A DNA stretch of 64,000 nucleotides from Ranitomeya imitator (Eukaryota). The position numbers were made by a program, and so were the translations under genes. This document shows, piece after piece, positions 39,601-51,600 of this stretch. The DNA lies in NCBI RefSeq assembly GCF_032444005.1, contig NC_091283.1, forward strand, positions 626,944,001-627,008,000. The letters are read 5' to 3'. Each line of letters starts with the position of its first letter. The stretch's first letter is position 1. The notes under the pieces were generated by a model. The model saw only the letters and a list, made by a program, of their open reading frames with translations, did not search any database and was not told the origin of the DNA.

Positions 39601-42600
39601 TAGTCACTACTGGTAATGGTGGGTGGAGAGGTCTACCAGCTTGGCTGGATTATCCAGCTGCCATCACATGGGTGATCACATGGATTGCCATCCCAGATCC
39701 TATCGTGAAAATAACCAAACCTAAATAAGAGTGCAGCAGATATATAGCAAAAAAAAATATATAGACAATCACAATAAAATCTCTGCGAGATTCTTGATGA
39801 GCTTCTTGTTTCTATACTGCGTGGACAGACTTCATGGTTCTGCAGTGTCCTTCACCACCACATTTTGGAGCATGAATATGGGCATCCATTCAGTATGAAT
39901 GAGGTTAAATATTTTGAATAAAACATAGCTTGACCAAGTAGCATAGGTTTTTTATGGCCTTCCCTTTATGCAAAGGTATACTGTCATGACTGGAAATGCT
40001 GCCATAAGGCTATGTTCCTACGATGAGTTTTTGGTCAGTTTTTAATGTTTCAGATTTTCTGCAGCATTTCTGCACTAATGAGGTAAATTAGGTAACGCAT
40101 TTTTTTCATTCGTGTTTTATTACATTTTTTACATGTGCTTTTATTATGTTTTTAATGCTGTGTTTTTTTGTCTCTTTTTGACATGTCAGGTTTTACATAA
40201 AGCTACTTTTTTATACTTCCTGGTATTTTGATTTGATAAAACTTTATTGATAGCGTCATGTGCAGGTTACACATGATTTCTACCTGTGGAATTTTAGCAT
40301 GTCCGCATCTAATGCAATTTTATGGGAAAAACCTGCAACATAAAACTCAGTATGTTGTGTGTTTAAAATACACACCGCAGGTGAGTTTACGCTGCATGAA
40401 AAAAATAACACAGTGGGCACAAGATGTCTATAAATCCCCTCCACTTTACTAGAACTGTAACAAACTGCGTTTTTGGCACAGCAAAAATTCCCAGTACAAA
40501 AACTCAGCAAAATCTAATCGTGGGAACTAAACCTAAGGCTGGTTTCACATTTGCGTTTAAATCCGCAGCGTTTAAAATGCATCCGCAAGTGGTGAAAAAA
40601 ACGCATGTAAACGCGTACAAACGCTGCGTTTTTTAGACTCATGTGTTGTCGCATGCGGTTAAAAAAATGCCGCGTTTGTACGCGTTTACATGTGTTTTTG
40701 CCTGCGTTTGCCTTTTTGGTACGCATGATGGGAAATTTCACAAGCTGGTTTTTGTTCATTCTGCTTCACAAAAATCGGAATAAAAAAAAGCAATCAAAAA
40801 TGTCACGTGCCCGAAAATGTTACCAATAAAAATGTCAACTCGTCCCACAAAAAACAAGACCTCACATGACTCTGTGGACCAAAATATGGAAATACTGTAG
40901 CTCTCAAAATGTGGTAACGCAAAAAATATTTTTTGGACTAAAAAGCTGTTATGGCTGGCAATCAGGCAACACAGCGTGCAGTAATCAGCGCACATACAGA
41001 GATCTGGCAATAACCAAAAACAATAGGACGAGCTCTGAGACGTGGAATCTCTGTAGACTGCAGTACCTGATCTATCCTCACACAACTATAAGCAGCAGTG
41101 GATTGCGCCTATCACTACCTATGCAACTCGGCACTGCCTGAGGAGCTGACTAGCCTGAAGATAGAAATACAAGCCTGACTTACCTCAGAGAAATACCCCA
41201 AAGGAATAGGCAGCCCCCCACATATAATGACTGTTAGCAAGATGAAAAGACAAACGTAGGAATGAAATAGATTCAGCAAAGTGAGGCCCGATATTCTAGA
41301 CAGAGCGAGGATAGCAAAGAGAACTATGCAGTCTACAAAAAACCCTAAAACGAAAACCACGCAAAGGGGCAAAAAGACCCACCGTGCCGAACTAACAGCA
41401 CGGCGGTGCACCCCTTTGCTTCTCAGAGCTTCCAGCAAAAGTTAATAGCAAGCTGGACAGAAAAAACAGAAAACAAACTAGAAGCACTTATCTAGCAGAG
41501 CAGCAGGCCCAAGGAAAGATGCAGTAGCTCAGATCCAACACTGGAACATTGACAAGGAGCAAGGAAGACAGACTCAGGTGGAGCTAAATAGCAAGGCAGC
41601 CAACGAGCTCACCAAAACACCTGAGGGAGGAAGCCCAGAGACTGCAATACCACTTGTGACCACAGAAGTGAACTCAGCCACAGAATTCACAACAGTACCC
41701 CCCCCTTGAGGAGGGGTCACCGAACCCTCACCAGAACCCCCAGGCCGACCAGGATGAGCCACATGACAGGCACGAACAAGATCTGGGGCATGGACATCAG
41801 AGGCAAAAACCCAGGAATTATCTTCCTGAGCATAACCCCTCCATTTGACCAGATACTGGAGTTTCCGTCTAGAGACACGAGAATCCAAAATCTTCTCCAC
41901 AATATACTCCAATTCCCCCTCCACCAAAACAGGGGCAGGAGGCTCCACAGATGGAACCATAGGTGCCACGTATCTCCTCAACAACGACCTATGGAATACA
42001 TTATGTATGGAAAAGGAGTCTGGGAGGGTCAGACGAAAAGACACCGGATTGAGAATCTCAGAAATCCTATACGGACCAATAAAACGAGGTTTAAATTTAG
42101 GAGAGGAAACCTTCATAGGAATATGACGAGAAGATAACCAAACCAGATCCCCAACACGAAGTCGGGGTCCCACACGGCGTCTGCGATTAGCGAAAAGCTG
42201 AGCCTTCTCCTGGGACAAGGTCAAATTGTCCACTACCTGAGTCCAGATCTGCTGCAACCTGTCCACCACAGAATCCACACCAGGACAGTCCGAAGACTCA
42301 ACCTGTCCTGAAGAGAAACGAGGATGGAACCCAGAATTGCAGAAAAATGGAGAGACCAAGGTAGCCGAGCTGGCCCGATTATTAAGGGCGAACTCAGCCA
42401 ACGGCAAAAATGACACCCAATCATCCTGGTCAGCGGAAACAAAACATCTCAGATATGTTTCCAAGGTCTGATTGGTTCGTTCGGTCTGGCCATTAGTCTG
42501 AGGATGGAAGGCCGAGGAGAAAGATAGGTCAATGCCCATCCTACCACAAAAGGCTCGCCAGAACCTCGAGACAAACTGGGAACCTCTGTCAGAAACAATA

Positions 42601-45600
42601 TTCTCAGGAATGCCATGTAAACGAACCACATGCTGGAAGAACAAAGGCACCAAATCAGAGGAGGAAGGCAATTTAACCAAGGGCACCAGATGGACCATTT
42701 TAGAAAAGCGATCACAGACCACCCAAATGACCGACATTTTTTGAGAAACGGGAAGGTCAGAAATGAAATCCATCGAAATATGTGTCCAAGGCCTCTTCGG
42801 GACCGGCAAGGGCAAAAGCAACCCACTGGCACGTGAACAGCAGGGCTTAGCCCTAGCACAAATTCCACAGGACTGCACAAAAGCACGCACATCCCGTGAC
42901 AGAGATGGCCACCAGAAGGATCTAGCAACCAACTCCCTGGTACCAAAGATTCCTGGATGACCGGCCAGCACCGAACAATGAAGTTCAGAGATAACTTTAC
43001 TAGTCCACCTATCAGGGACGAACAGTTTCTCGGCCGGACAACGATCAGGTTTATTAGGCTGAAATTTCTGCAACACTCTCCGCAAATCAGGGGAGATGGC
43101 AGACACAATGACTCCTTCCTTGAGGATACTCGCCGGCTCAGATAACCCCGGAGAGTCGGGCACAAAACTCCTAGACAGAGCATCCGCCTTCACATTTTTA
43201 GAGCCCGGAAGGTATGAAATCACAAAATCAAAACGAGCAAAAAATAACGACCAACGGGCCTGTCTAGGATTCAAGCGCTTGGCAGACTCAAGATAAGTAA
43301 GGTTCTTATGATCAGTCAATACCACCACGCGATGCTTAGCACCCTCAAGCCAATGACGCCACTCCTCGAATGCCCACTTCATGGCCAGCAACTCTCGGTT
43401 GCCCACATCATAATTACGCTCAGCAGCAGAAAATTTCCTGGAAAAGAAAGCACATGGTTTGAACACTGAGCAACCAGAACCTCTCTGTGACAAAACCGCC
43501 CCTGCACCAATCTCAGAAGCATCAACCTCGACCTGGAACGGAAGAGAAACATCAGGTTGACACAACACAGGGGCACAGCAAAAACGATGCTTCAACTCCT
43601 GAAAAGCTTCCACGGCAGCAGAAGACCAATTAACCAAATCAGCACCCTTCTTGGTCAAATCGGTCAATGGTCTGGCAATGCTAGAAAAATTACAGATGAA
43701 GCGACGATAAAAATTAGCAAAGCCCAGGAATTTCTGCAGACTTTTTAGAGATGTCGACTGAGTCCAATCCTGGATGGCCTGAACCTTAACCGGATCCATC
43801 TCGATAGTAGAAGGGGAAAAGATGAACCCCAAAAATGAAACTTTCTGCACACCGAAGAGACACTTTGATCCCTTCACGAACAAGGAATTAGCACGCAGTA
43901 CCTGGAAAACCATTCTGACTTGCTTCACATGAGACTCCCAATCATCTGAGAAGATCAAAATGTCATCCAAGTAAACAATCAAGAATTTATCCAGATACTC
44001 ACGGAAAATGTCATGCATAAAAGACTGAAAAACAGATGGAGCATTGGCAAGTCCGAACGGCATCACCAGATACTCAAAATGACCCTCGGGCGTATTAAAT
44101 GCCGTTTTCCATTCATCTCCCTGCCTGATTCTCACCAGATTATACGCACCACGAAGATCAATCTTAGTAAACCAACTAGCCCCCTTAATCCGAGCAAACA
44201 AGTCAGAAATCAATGGCAAGGGATACTGAAACTTAACAGTGATCTTATTAAGAAGGCGGTAATCAATACACGGTCTTAGCGAACCATCCTTCTTGGCTAC
44301 AAAAAAGAACCCTGCTCCCAATGGTGACGACGATGGGCGAATATGTCCCTTCTCCAGGGACTCCTTCACATAACTGCGCATAGCGGTGTGTTCAGGTACG
44401 GACAAATTAAATAAACGACCCTTAGGGAATTTACTACCAGGAATCAAATCGATAGCACAATCACAATTCCTATGCGGAGGTAGGGCATCAGACTTGGACT
44501 CTTCAAATACATCCTGAAAGTCCGACAAGAACTCTGGGATGTCAGAAGGAATGGATGACGAAATAGACAAAAATGGAACATCACCATGTACTCCCTGACA
44601 ACCCCAGCTGGTTACCGACATAGAGTTCCAATCCAATACTGGATTATGGGTTTGTAGCCATGGCAACCCCAACACGACCACATCATGCAAATTATGCAGT
44701 ACCAGAAAGCGAATAACTTCCTGATGTGCAGGAGCCATGCACATGGTCAGCTGGGCCCAGTACTGAGGCTTATTCTTGGCCAAAGGTGTAGCATCAATTC
44801 CTCTCAACGGAATAGGACACCGCAAAGGCTCCAAGAAAAATCCACAACGTTTAGCATAATCCAAATCCATCAGATTCAGGGCAGCGCCTGAATCCACAAA
44901 CGCCATGACAGAATACGATGACAAAGAGCACATTAAGGTAATGGACAAAAGGAATTTGGACTGTACAGTACCAATAACAGCAGAGCTATCGAACCGCCTA
45001 GTGCGTTTAGGACAATTAGAAATAGCATGAGTAGAATCACCACAATAGAAACACAGTCTGTTCAGACGTCTGTGTTCTTGCCGTTCTACTTTAGTCATAG
45101 TCCTGTCGCACTGCATAGGCTCAGGTTTACTCTCAGACAATACTGCCAGATGGTGCACAGATTTACGCTCGCGCAAGCGACGACCGATCTGAATGGCCAA
45201 GGACATAGACTCATTCAAACCAGCAGGCATAGGAAATCCCACCATTACATCCTTAAGAGCTTCAGAGAGACCCTTTCTGAACAAAGCCGCTAGTGCAGAT
45301 TCATTCCACAGAGTGAGTACTGACCACTTCCTAAATTTCTGACAATATACTTCTACATCATCCTGACCCTGGCATAAAGCCAGCAGATTTTTCTCAGCCT
45401 GATCCACTGAATTAGGCTCATCGTAAAGCAATCCCAGCGCCTGGAAAAATGCATCAACATTACTCAATGCAGAATCTCCTGGTGCAAGAGAAAACGCCCA
45501 GTCCTGTGGGTCGCCGCGCAAAAAAGAAATAATAATCAAAACCTGTTGAATAGGATTACCAGAAGAATGAGGTTTCAAGGCCAAAAATAGCTTACAATTA

Positions 45601-48600
45601 TTTCTGAAGCTCAGGAACTTAGTTCTGTCACCAAAAAACAAATCAGGAATCGGAATTCTTGGTTCTAGCATCGATTTCTGATCAATAGTATCTTGAATCT
45701 TTTGTACATTTACAACGAGATTATCCATTGAGGAGCACAGAGCCTGAATATCCATGTCCACAGCTGTGTCCTGAAGCACTCTAATGTCTAGGGGAAAAAA
45801 AAGACTGAAGACAGAGCTAAGAAAAAAAAATGATGTCAGGATTTCTTTTTTCCCTCTATTGGGAATCATTGGTGTGGCTCCTTGTACTGTTATGGCTGGC
45901 AATCAGGCAACACAGCGTGCAGTAATCAGCGCACATACAGAGATCTGGCAATAACCAAAAACAATAGGACGAGCTCTGAGACGTGGAATCTCTGTAGACT
46001 GCAGTACCTGATCTATCCTCACACAACTATAAGCAGCAGTGGATTGCGCCTATCACTACCTATGCAACTCGGCACTGCCTGAGGAGCTGACTAGCCTGAA
46101 GATAGAAATACAAGCCTGACTTACCTCAGAGAAATACCCCAAAGGAATAGGCAGCCCCCCACATATAATGACTGTTAGCAAGATGAAAAGACAAACGTAG
46201 GAATGAAATAGATTCAGCAAAGTGAGGCCCGATATTCTAGACAGAGCGAGGATAGCAAAGAGAACTATGCAGTCTAAAAAAAACCCTAAAACGAAAACCA
46301 CGCAAAGGGGCAAAAAGACCCACCGTGCCGAACTAACAGCACGGCGGTGCACCCCTTTGCTTCTCAGAGCTTCCAGCAAAAGTTAATAGCAAGCTGGACA
46401 GAAAAAACAGAAAACAAACTAGAAGCACTTATCTAGCAGAGCAGCAGGCCCAAGGAAAGATGCAGTAGCTCAGATCCAACACTGGAACATTGACAAGGAG
46501 CAAGGAAGACAGACTCAGGTGGAGCTAAATAGCAAGGCAGCCAACGAGCTCACCAAAACACCTGAGGGAGGAAGCCCAGAGACTGCAATACCACTTGTGA
46601 CCACAGAAGTGAACTCAGCCACAGAATTCACAACAAAAAGCGTCTTTCAGTGTGTGACAGCTGCCAATCATAAAAATCCACTAGAAAACCGCTTATAAAT
46701 AGAAATCAAACCCCCTTCATCAACTCCTTAGTAAGGGAAAAATTAAAAAAATGTATTTATTTCCATTTTCCCNNNNNNNNNNNNNNNNNNNNNNNNNNNN
46801 NNNNNNNNNNNNNNNNNNNNNNNNNNNNNNNNNNNNNNNNNNNNNNNNNNNNNNNNNNNNNNNNNNNNNNNNNNNNNNNNNNNNNNNNNNNNNNNNNNNN
46901 NNNNNNNNNNNNNNNNNNNNNNNNNNNNNTTTGGATCCCTTTATCACCTTGATGGTGGCTTAGGGTTAGGGCTAGGGTTAGGGCTAGGGTTAGGGTTAGG
47001 GCTAGGGTTAGGGTTTGGATCCCTTTATCACCTTAATGGTGGCTTAGGGTTAGGGCTAGGGTTAGGGTTAAGGTTTGGATCCCTTTATCACCTTGATGGT
47101 GGGGGGTGGCTTATCAGTGTCTAAACTTGTTTTTCTCTATTGAAACGCATACGTTCAAAACGCAACCAAACGCATGTGCTTAAAAACGCATGCGTTTACA
47201 TAGACAGCAATGCTTTTTTTTACGCAAACCGTGCGCAATTGAATGCATGCGTTTCCTGGCGGCAAATAGACGCCTCTAAAAATACTACATGTTGCATTTC
47301 TGCTCCAAGCCGCAAGCGACAAAAAGACGCATGCGTCGTCAAACGCGGCCAAACGCGAACAAAAAGAAACGCATGCATTTTTAATGTTAAATATAGGAAA
47401 ACACGACGCGTTTGTTTATATGCGGTAAAAATGCAGCGGCAAAAAACGCAAATGTGAAACCAGCCTAAGGCAACATGATATTGCATGATGTGCTTTTAAG
47501 ATTTTTTTTTAACTAAAATGCATCTCTATTCTATTGCTAATGTTTCCTATGGAGTCCGCAGTGCTGCGTGCTTGATTTTACGAATTTGCCGGCAATGCAT
47601 AATAATTAAAATGGCTGGACAAACTAATTAGAAAGAGTACACAAATCTTTGGCTTTGAATTCTTCTATTTCAATAATATAATTGTTGTGAACTTTAAGAA
47701 ATTCACCCTGAACTTGACCTATAATCCATCTGTGCCCCAGAAGGGGATCACACAAGCAGCAATGCTCTGATACATATCCACTGTGTGTATCATTATACAG
47801 CCTAAATAACGGCTGCCACAAAGTTAGCTGCATTTTGCTGAGGGCTTCACAGATCAAACATCATTTTTGTTTTATGTCTAACGCTGTAAAAGTATAAAAA
47901 CAGAGACACCATGGGGTTGTCCTAGGACACAGAAATAGCCCTTCTGCCAGATTGGTACTTAGGCTTGTGTATGTGAGTTTGTCTTTATATCATATATACA
48001 GGTGCTTCTCACAAAATTAGAATATCATCAAAAAGTTTATTTGTTTCAGTTCTTCAATACAAAAAGTGAAACTCATATTCTATAGAGTCATTACAGACAG
48101 AGTGATCTATATCAAGCGTTTATTTCTGGTAATGTTGATGATTATGACAACCCAAAAGTAATTTTCTCAGTGAATTAGAATAATTAACAAAAACACCTGC
48201 AAAGGCTTCCTAAGCATTTAAAAAGGTCCCTTAGTCTGTTTTAGTAGGCTCCACAATCATGGGGAAGACTGACGACTTGACAGATGTCCAGAAGGCAATC
48301 ATTGACACACTCCACAAGGAAAGTATATTTTGATTTCATTTGGAAATCAAGGTCCCAGAATCTTGAGGAAGAGAGGAGAGATAGACAATCCAAGCTGCTT
48401 GAGGTCTAGTGTGAAGTTTCCACAATCAGTGGTTTAGGGAGTCATGTCATCACTAGCCCACCCCAGAAACACCATAAAAATAACTTGATTTAACGAAATT
48501 AAAAATAAATCCTTTCTCAGTCCTTTGGATTTATATTACTTATTTAGTCTCATTGTGTTATACAGGTGCTCCTCTCTTATTCATCATTCCTTGGGTGGCT

Positions 48601-51600
48601 GTGAAATATACCTATGAGAATGTAATGTAAGTACATTTATTTTTTTGGTAGAGGACAAAAATATATATATATTTTTTCATCCTGGATGAACTGAATTAAA
48701 AATGTTTAAGGTTTCTATATATTCCTAAAAGTGTCAACGTTTTACTTAAATAGTAAATAAAGTAAACTAAATCTTTATCTAATAAAATGCTAATAAAAAA
48801 ACAACAGTACATGCGTTAAATATGGCCCGCAGCATATCTAAATAGATGCGATCAAAGGTTAAAAATCCAGGAAGGCTGTGTGTCCACAGGTAGCAATTGT
48901 TAAGTTTGCAGCCCCCATAGTTACTCAGATATGTAAGAACATGTACGAGCAGTGACATAACATCAGCGGAGAAGTAGTGACGGGATCACAAGTAATGCTG
49001 TTGCAAGATGATTCACATAAAATGAGGGCTGTTTATTTAAAAGCTGTTGCGGGTGATAAGACTCATTACTGCTTGTCACAGGGACTGGCCAATTTCCCGA
49101 GAAGCTCTGGAGCAGAGCCAAATGTCAGCAAACGTCTTTGAAACTCATGAATCTGTAGTACAGCTATTATCTGGCACTTCTCTCCACTGCAAATCTTCAT
49201 TATGCACTGGATGTATAACAATTCTGCATTTCCCAGAGAGTAGTGATACTGAAATATTTGACTTTTCTCACTGGCCACAAAATAAACTGACTTTCTTCAT
49301 GCAACATTTCAGCTTTGCTGTGTAGACTGGGACAGAATCGGCACATTCACCTCAGAATGAAACAACTGTTAGTCAATATTGACTTATGTCTATGAATAGC
49401 CCCAAGTTTACTTAGACATACAAGATTACTTAGAAAGTATTTTTTACTACATTTGTAGACCTTTATTTTTGCACATATCAAGGCATTACACATACCGAAT
49501 GTTAGGGCTAGCGGAACGCACCAAAAAATAAAGAGATTGATACGAGATGCATTCGCAGCCCGGGGTCCACCGTGCAGAGATGGTACCTGCTGCTATGTAA
49601 TGGCGGATGGACACTTAGCTCACACGTGGGTTAGACTTCACCCAGTGTGAAATGGTAGCGAGCTCTGTTGATTCACAGAGTCACACAATATGCTGCACCC
49701 TGTTAGCAGTCACAAGGTGCAGCTGCAAGACACTAGTGGGATCCCTAAGAATCACCCCCACTAATCTGGTAATTGAACTGGCTCTGACCCTCGGTGGCTT
49801 TTGAGCCTGCGCCTGAGGATGCCCCAAGTCAGATGCACAGACCAAGCGGAAATTCCCACCCTATACTGACGGTTGTCAGGAGAGCGCATTGATGGCACAC
49901 GGTGCCATAGAGACGGGCACTGCAACGTGTGCTTAGTGTGCAGATAGCACTGTCGGGCGCTAGATAGCTTCCACCATTCGCGAGCAGTCAACAACACTAG
50001 GAATGGGAATGATTAAGGAGCTTTCATCCATCAACAGTCATTCATCTACACTCACACATTGCCAAGGTTTACACTAGCGCATGGCCGAGCGGCCATGCGA
50101 ACCTTTTATAGCAGTAGCGCTCCAGGACCTTCCTGATGATCCAATAGGAGCCGCAACAGGACCTGAGCATGGGTCCAATGGGAGGTCACCCCGTGGGCAT
50201 GCTCATTGTGGGAAAAGCAGGACTTAGTCCCTGAAACGCCTGCTCGCCGCTGAACAGTGCTGGCTACAATGGCAGAGCCTGGAAAGCTAGCAGTACCCAA
50301 GCACACAGTATCAGCTTGAGCCAGACCCTGAGATCAATGTCTCTGCTGAGCAGGTTCCACTGTGGCTGGAGGAGAATGGGAGACTGCAGTGAACATGGTT
50401 TGAGATTCCCCGTGTGCAGCGGCGGGAACTCGACACCTAACACCGTATCCTGTTCCTAGCAAATCATATTATTTTTACTATTATTTATTTATATAGCACC
50501 ATTGATTCCATGGTGCTGTACATGAGAAGGGGTTGCATCAAAATACAAATATCTCTTACAGTAAACAAACAGAGGACCCTGCACTTGCGGGCTTACATTC
50601 TACAGTATTATAGGGAAGGAGACAGTAGTTAGGGGGTTGCAGTAGCTCTGATGGTGTTGAGTTGACTGCGCGGTCATTGCAGATTGTAAGCTTTTTTGAA
50701 GAGATGGGTTTTCAGGTTCTGTCTGAAGGATCCAAATGTGGGGGATAACAGGATGTGTTGGGGCACAGAATTCGGGAGAAATCTTGGATGCGATTGGGTG
50801 AGGAGCGAATAAGCATGGAGGAGAGAAGGAGGTCTTGGGAGGACCGGAGATTACGTGATGGAAGATATTGGGAGATTAGTTCGGAAATGTAAGGAGGAGA
50901 AAGGTTATGGATGGTTTTGTAGGTCAGTGTTAGTAGTTTAAACTGGATATGCTGGGAAATTGGGAGCCAGTGAAGGGATTTGCAAAGAGGAGAAGCAGGA
51001 GTATAGTGAGGCGAGAGATTAATTAGTTGGGCAGCAGAGTTAAGGACAGACTGGAGGGGTGCGAGAGCGTTAGAAGGTAGGTCACAGAGGAGGATGCTGC
51101 AGTAGTCGAGGCGGGAGATGATTAGGGCATGCACAAGCATTTTGTTAGAGTGAAGGCTGAGGAAAGGATGGTTTCTGGAAATATTTTTGTGCTGGAGGTG
51201 ACAAGAGGTAGCGAGAGTTTGGATATGCGTTTTGAAGGACAGGGCAGAGTCAACTTTTGCTCCAATGCAATGGATTTCTAGGACAATGGAAAGTGTGATT
51301 TCATTTATTGTGATAGATAGATTGGGTAGGGAAGATATGCGAAGTGGTGGAAAGATAATTAATTCAGATTTGTCCACATTGAGCTTGAGGAAGCGAGAGG
51401 AGAAGAAGGAAGTAACGGCTGACAGACACTGTGGAATTCAGGACAGCATATAGGTGACATCTGGGGCAGAGAGATAGATCGGAGTGTCATCAGCATATAG
51501 ATGGTACTGGAAGCCATAGGACTTTATGAGTTGTCCAAGGTCAAGGGTATAGATTGAGAAGAGAAGGGGTCCTAGGACAGAGCCTTGAGGGACACCAACA

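Larger units (their letters stand above)
40947..46635 (-). mobile_element. Full-length Ty3/gypsy chromovirus (Tf1/Sushi group) LTR retrotransposon
   Basis: Two 748-bp LTRs (40947-41694, 45888-46635), TG...CA; PPT AAGGGGGGGG at 41698-41707; AAAAGC on both flanks. Confidence 0.97.
40537..47465. mobile_element. Large non-autonomous Harbinger-like element hosting the LTR retrotransposon, the gap and telomere-like repeats
   Basis: TAA|GGCTGGTTTCACATTTGCGTTT ... AAACGCAAATGTGAAACCAGCC|TAA; perfect 22-bp TIR. Continuity across the N gap is assumed. Confidence 0.78.

Noticed and set aside
41706-45293. Many short ORFs on other frames within the gypsy element
   Set aside because: Shadows of gag-pol; no env-like or other domain recognised.
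46930-47110. True chromosome end, or a CRISPR-like repeat-spacer array
   Set aside because: gcgr exons continue in frame on both sides; the 'spacers' are telomeric hexamers, and there are no cas genes in this eukaryotic DNA.
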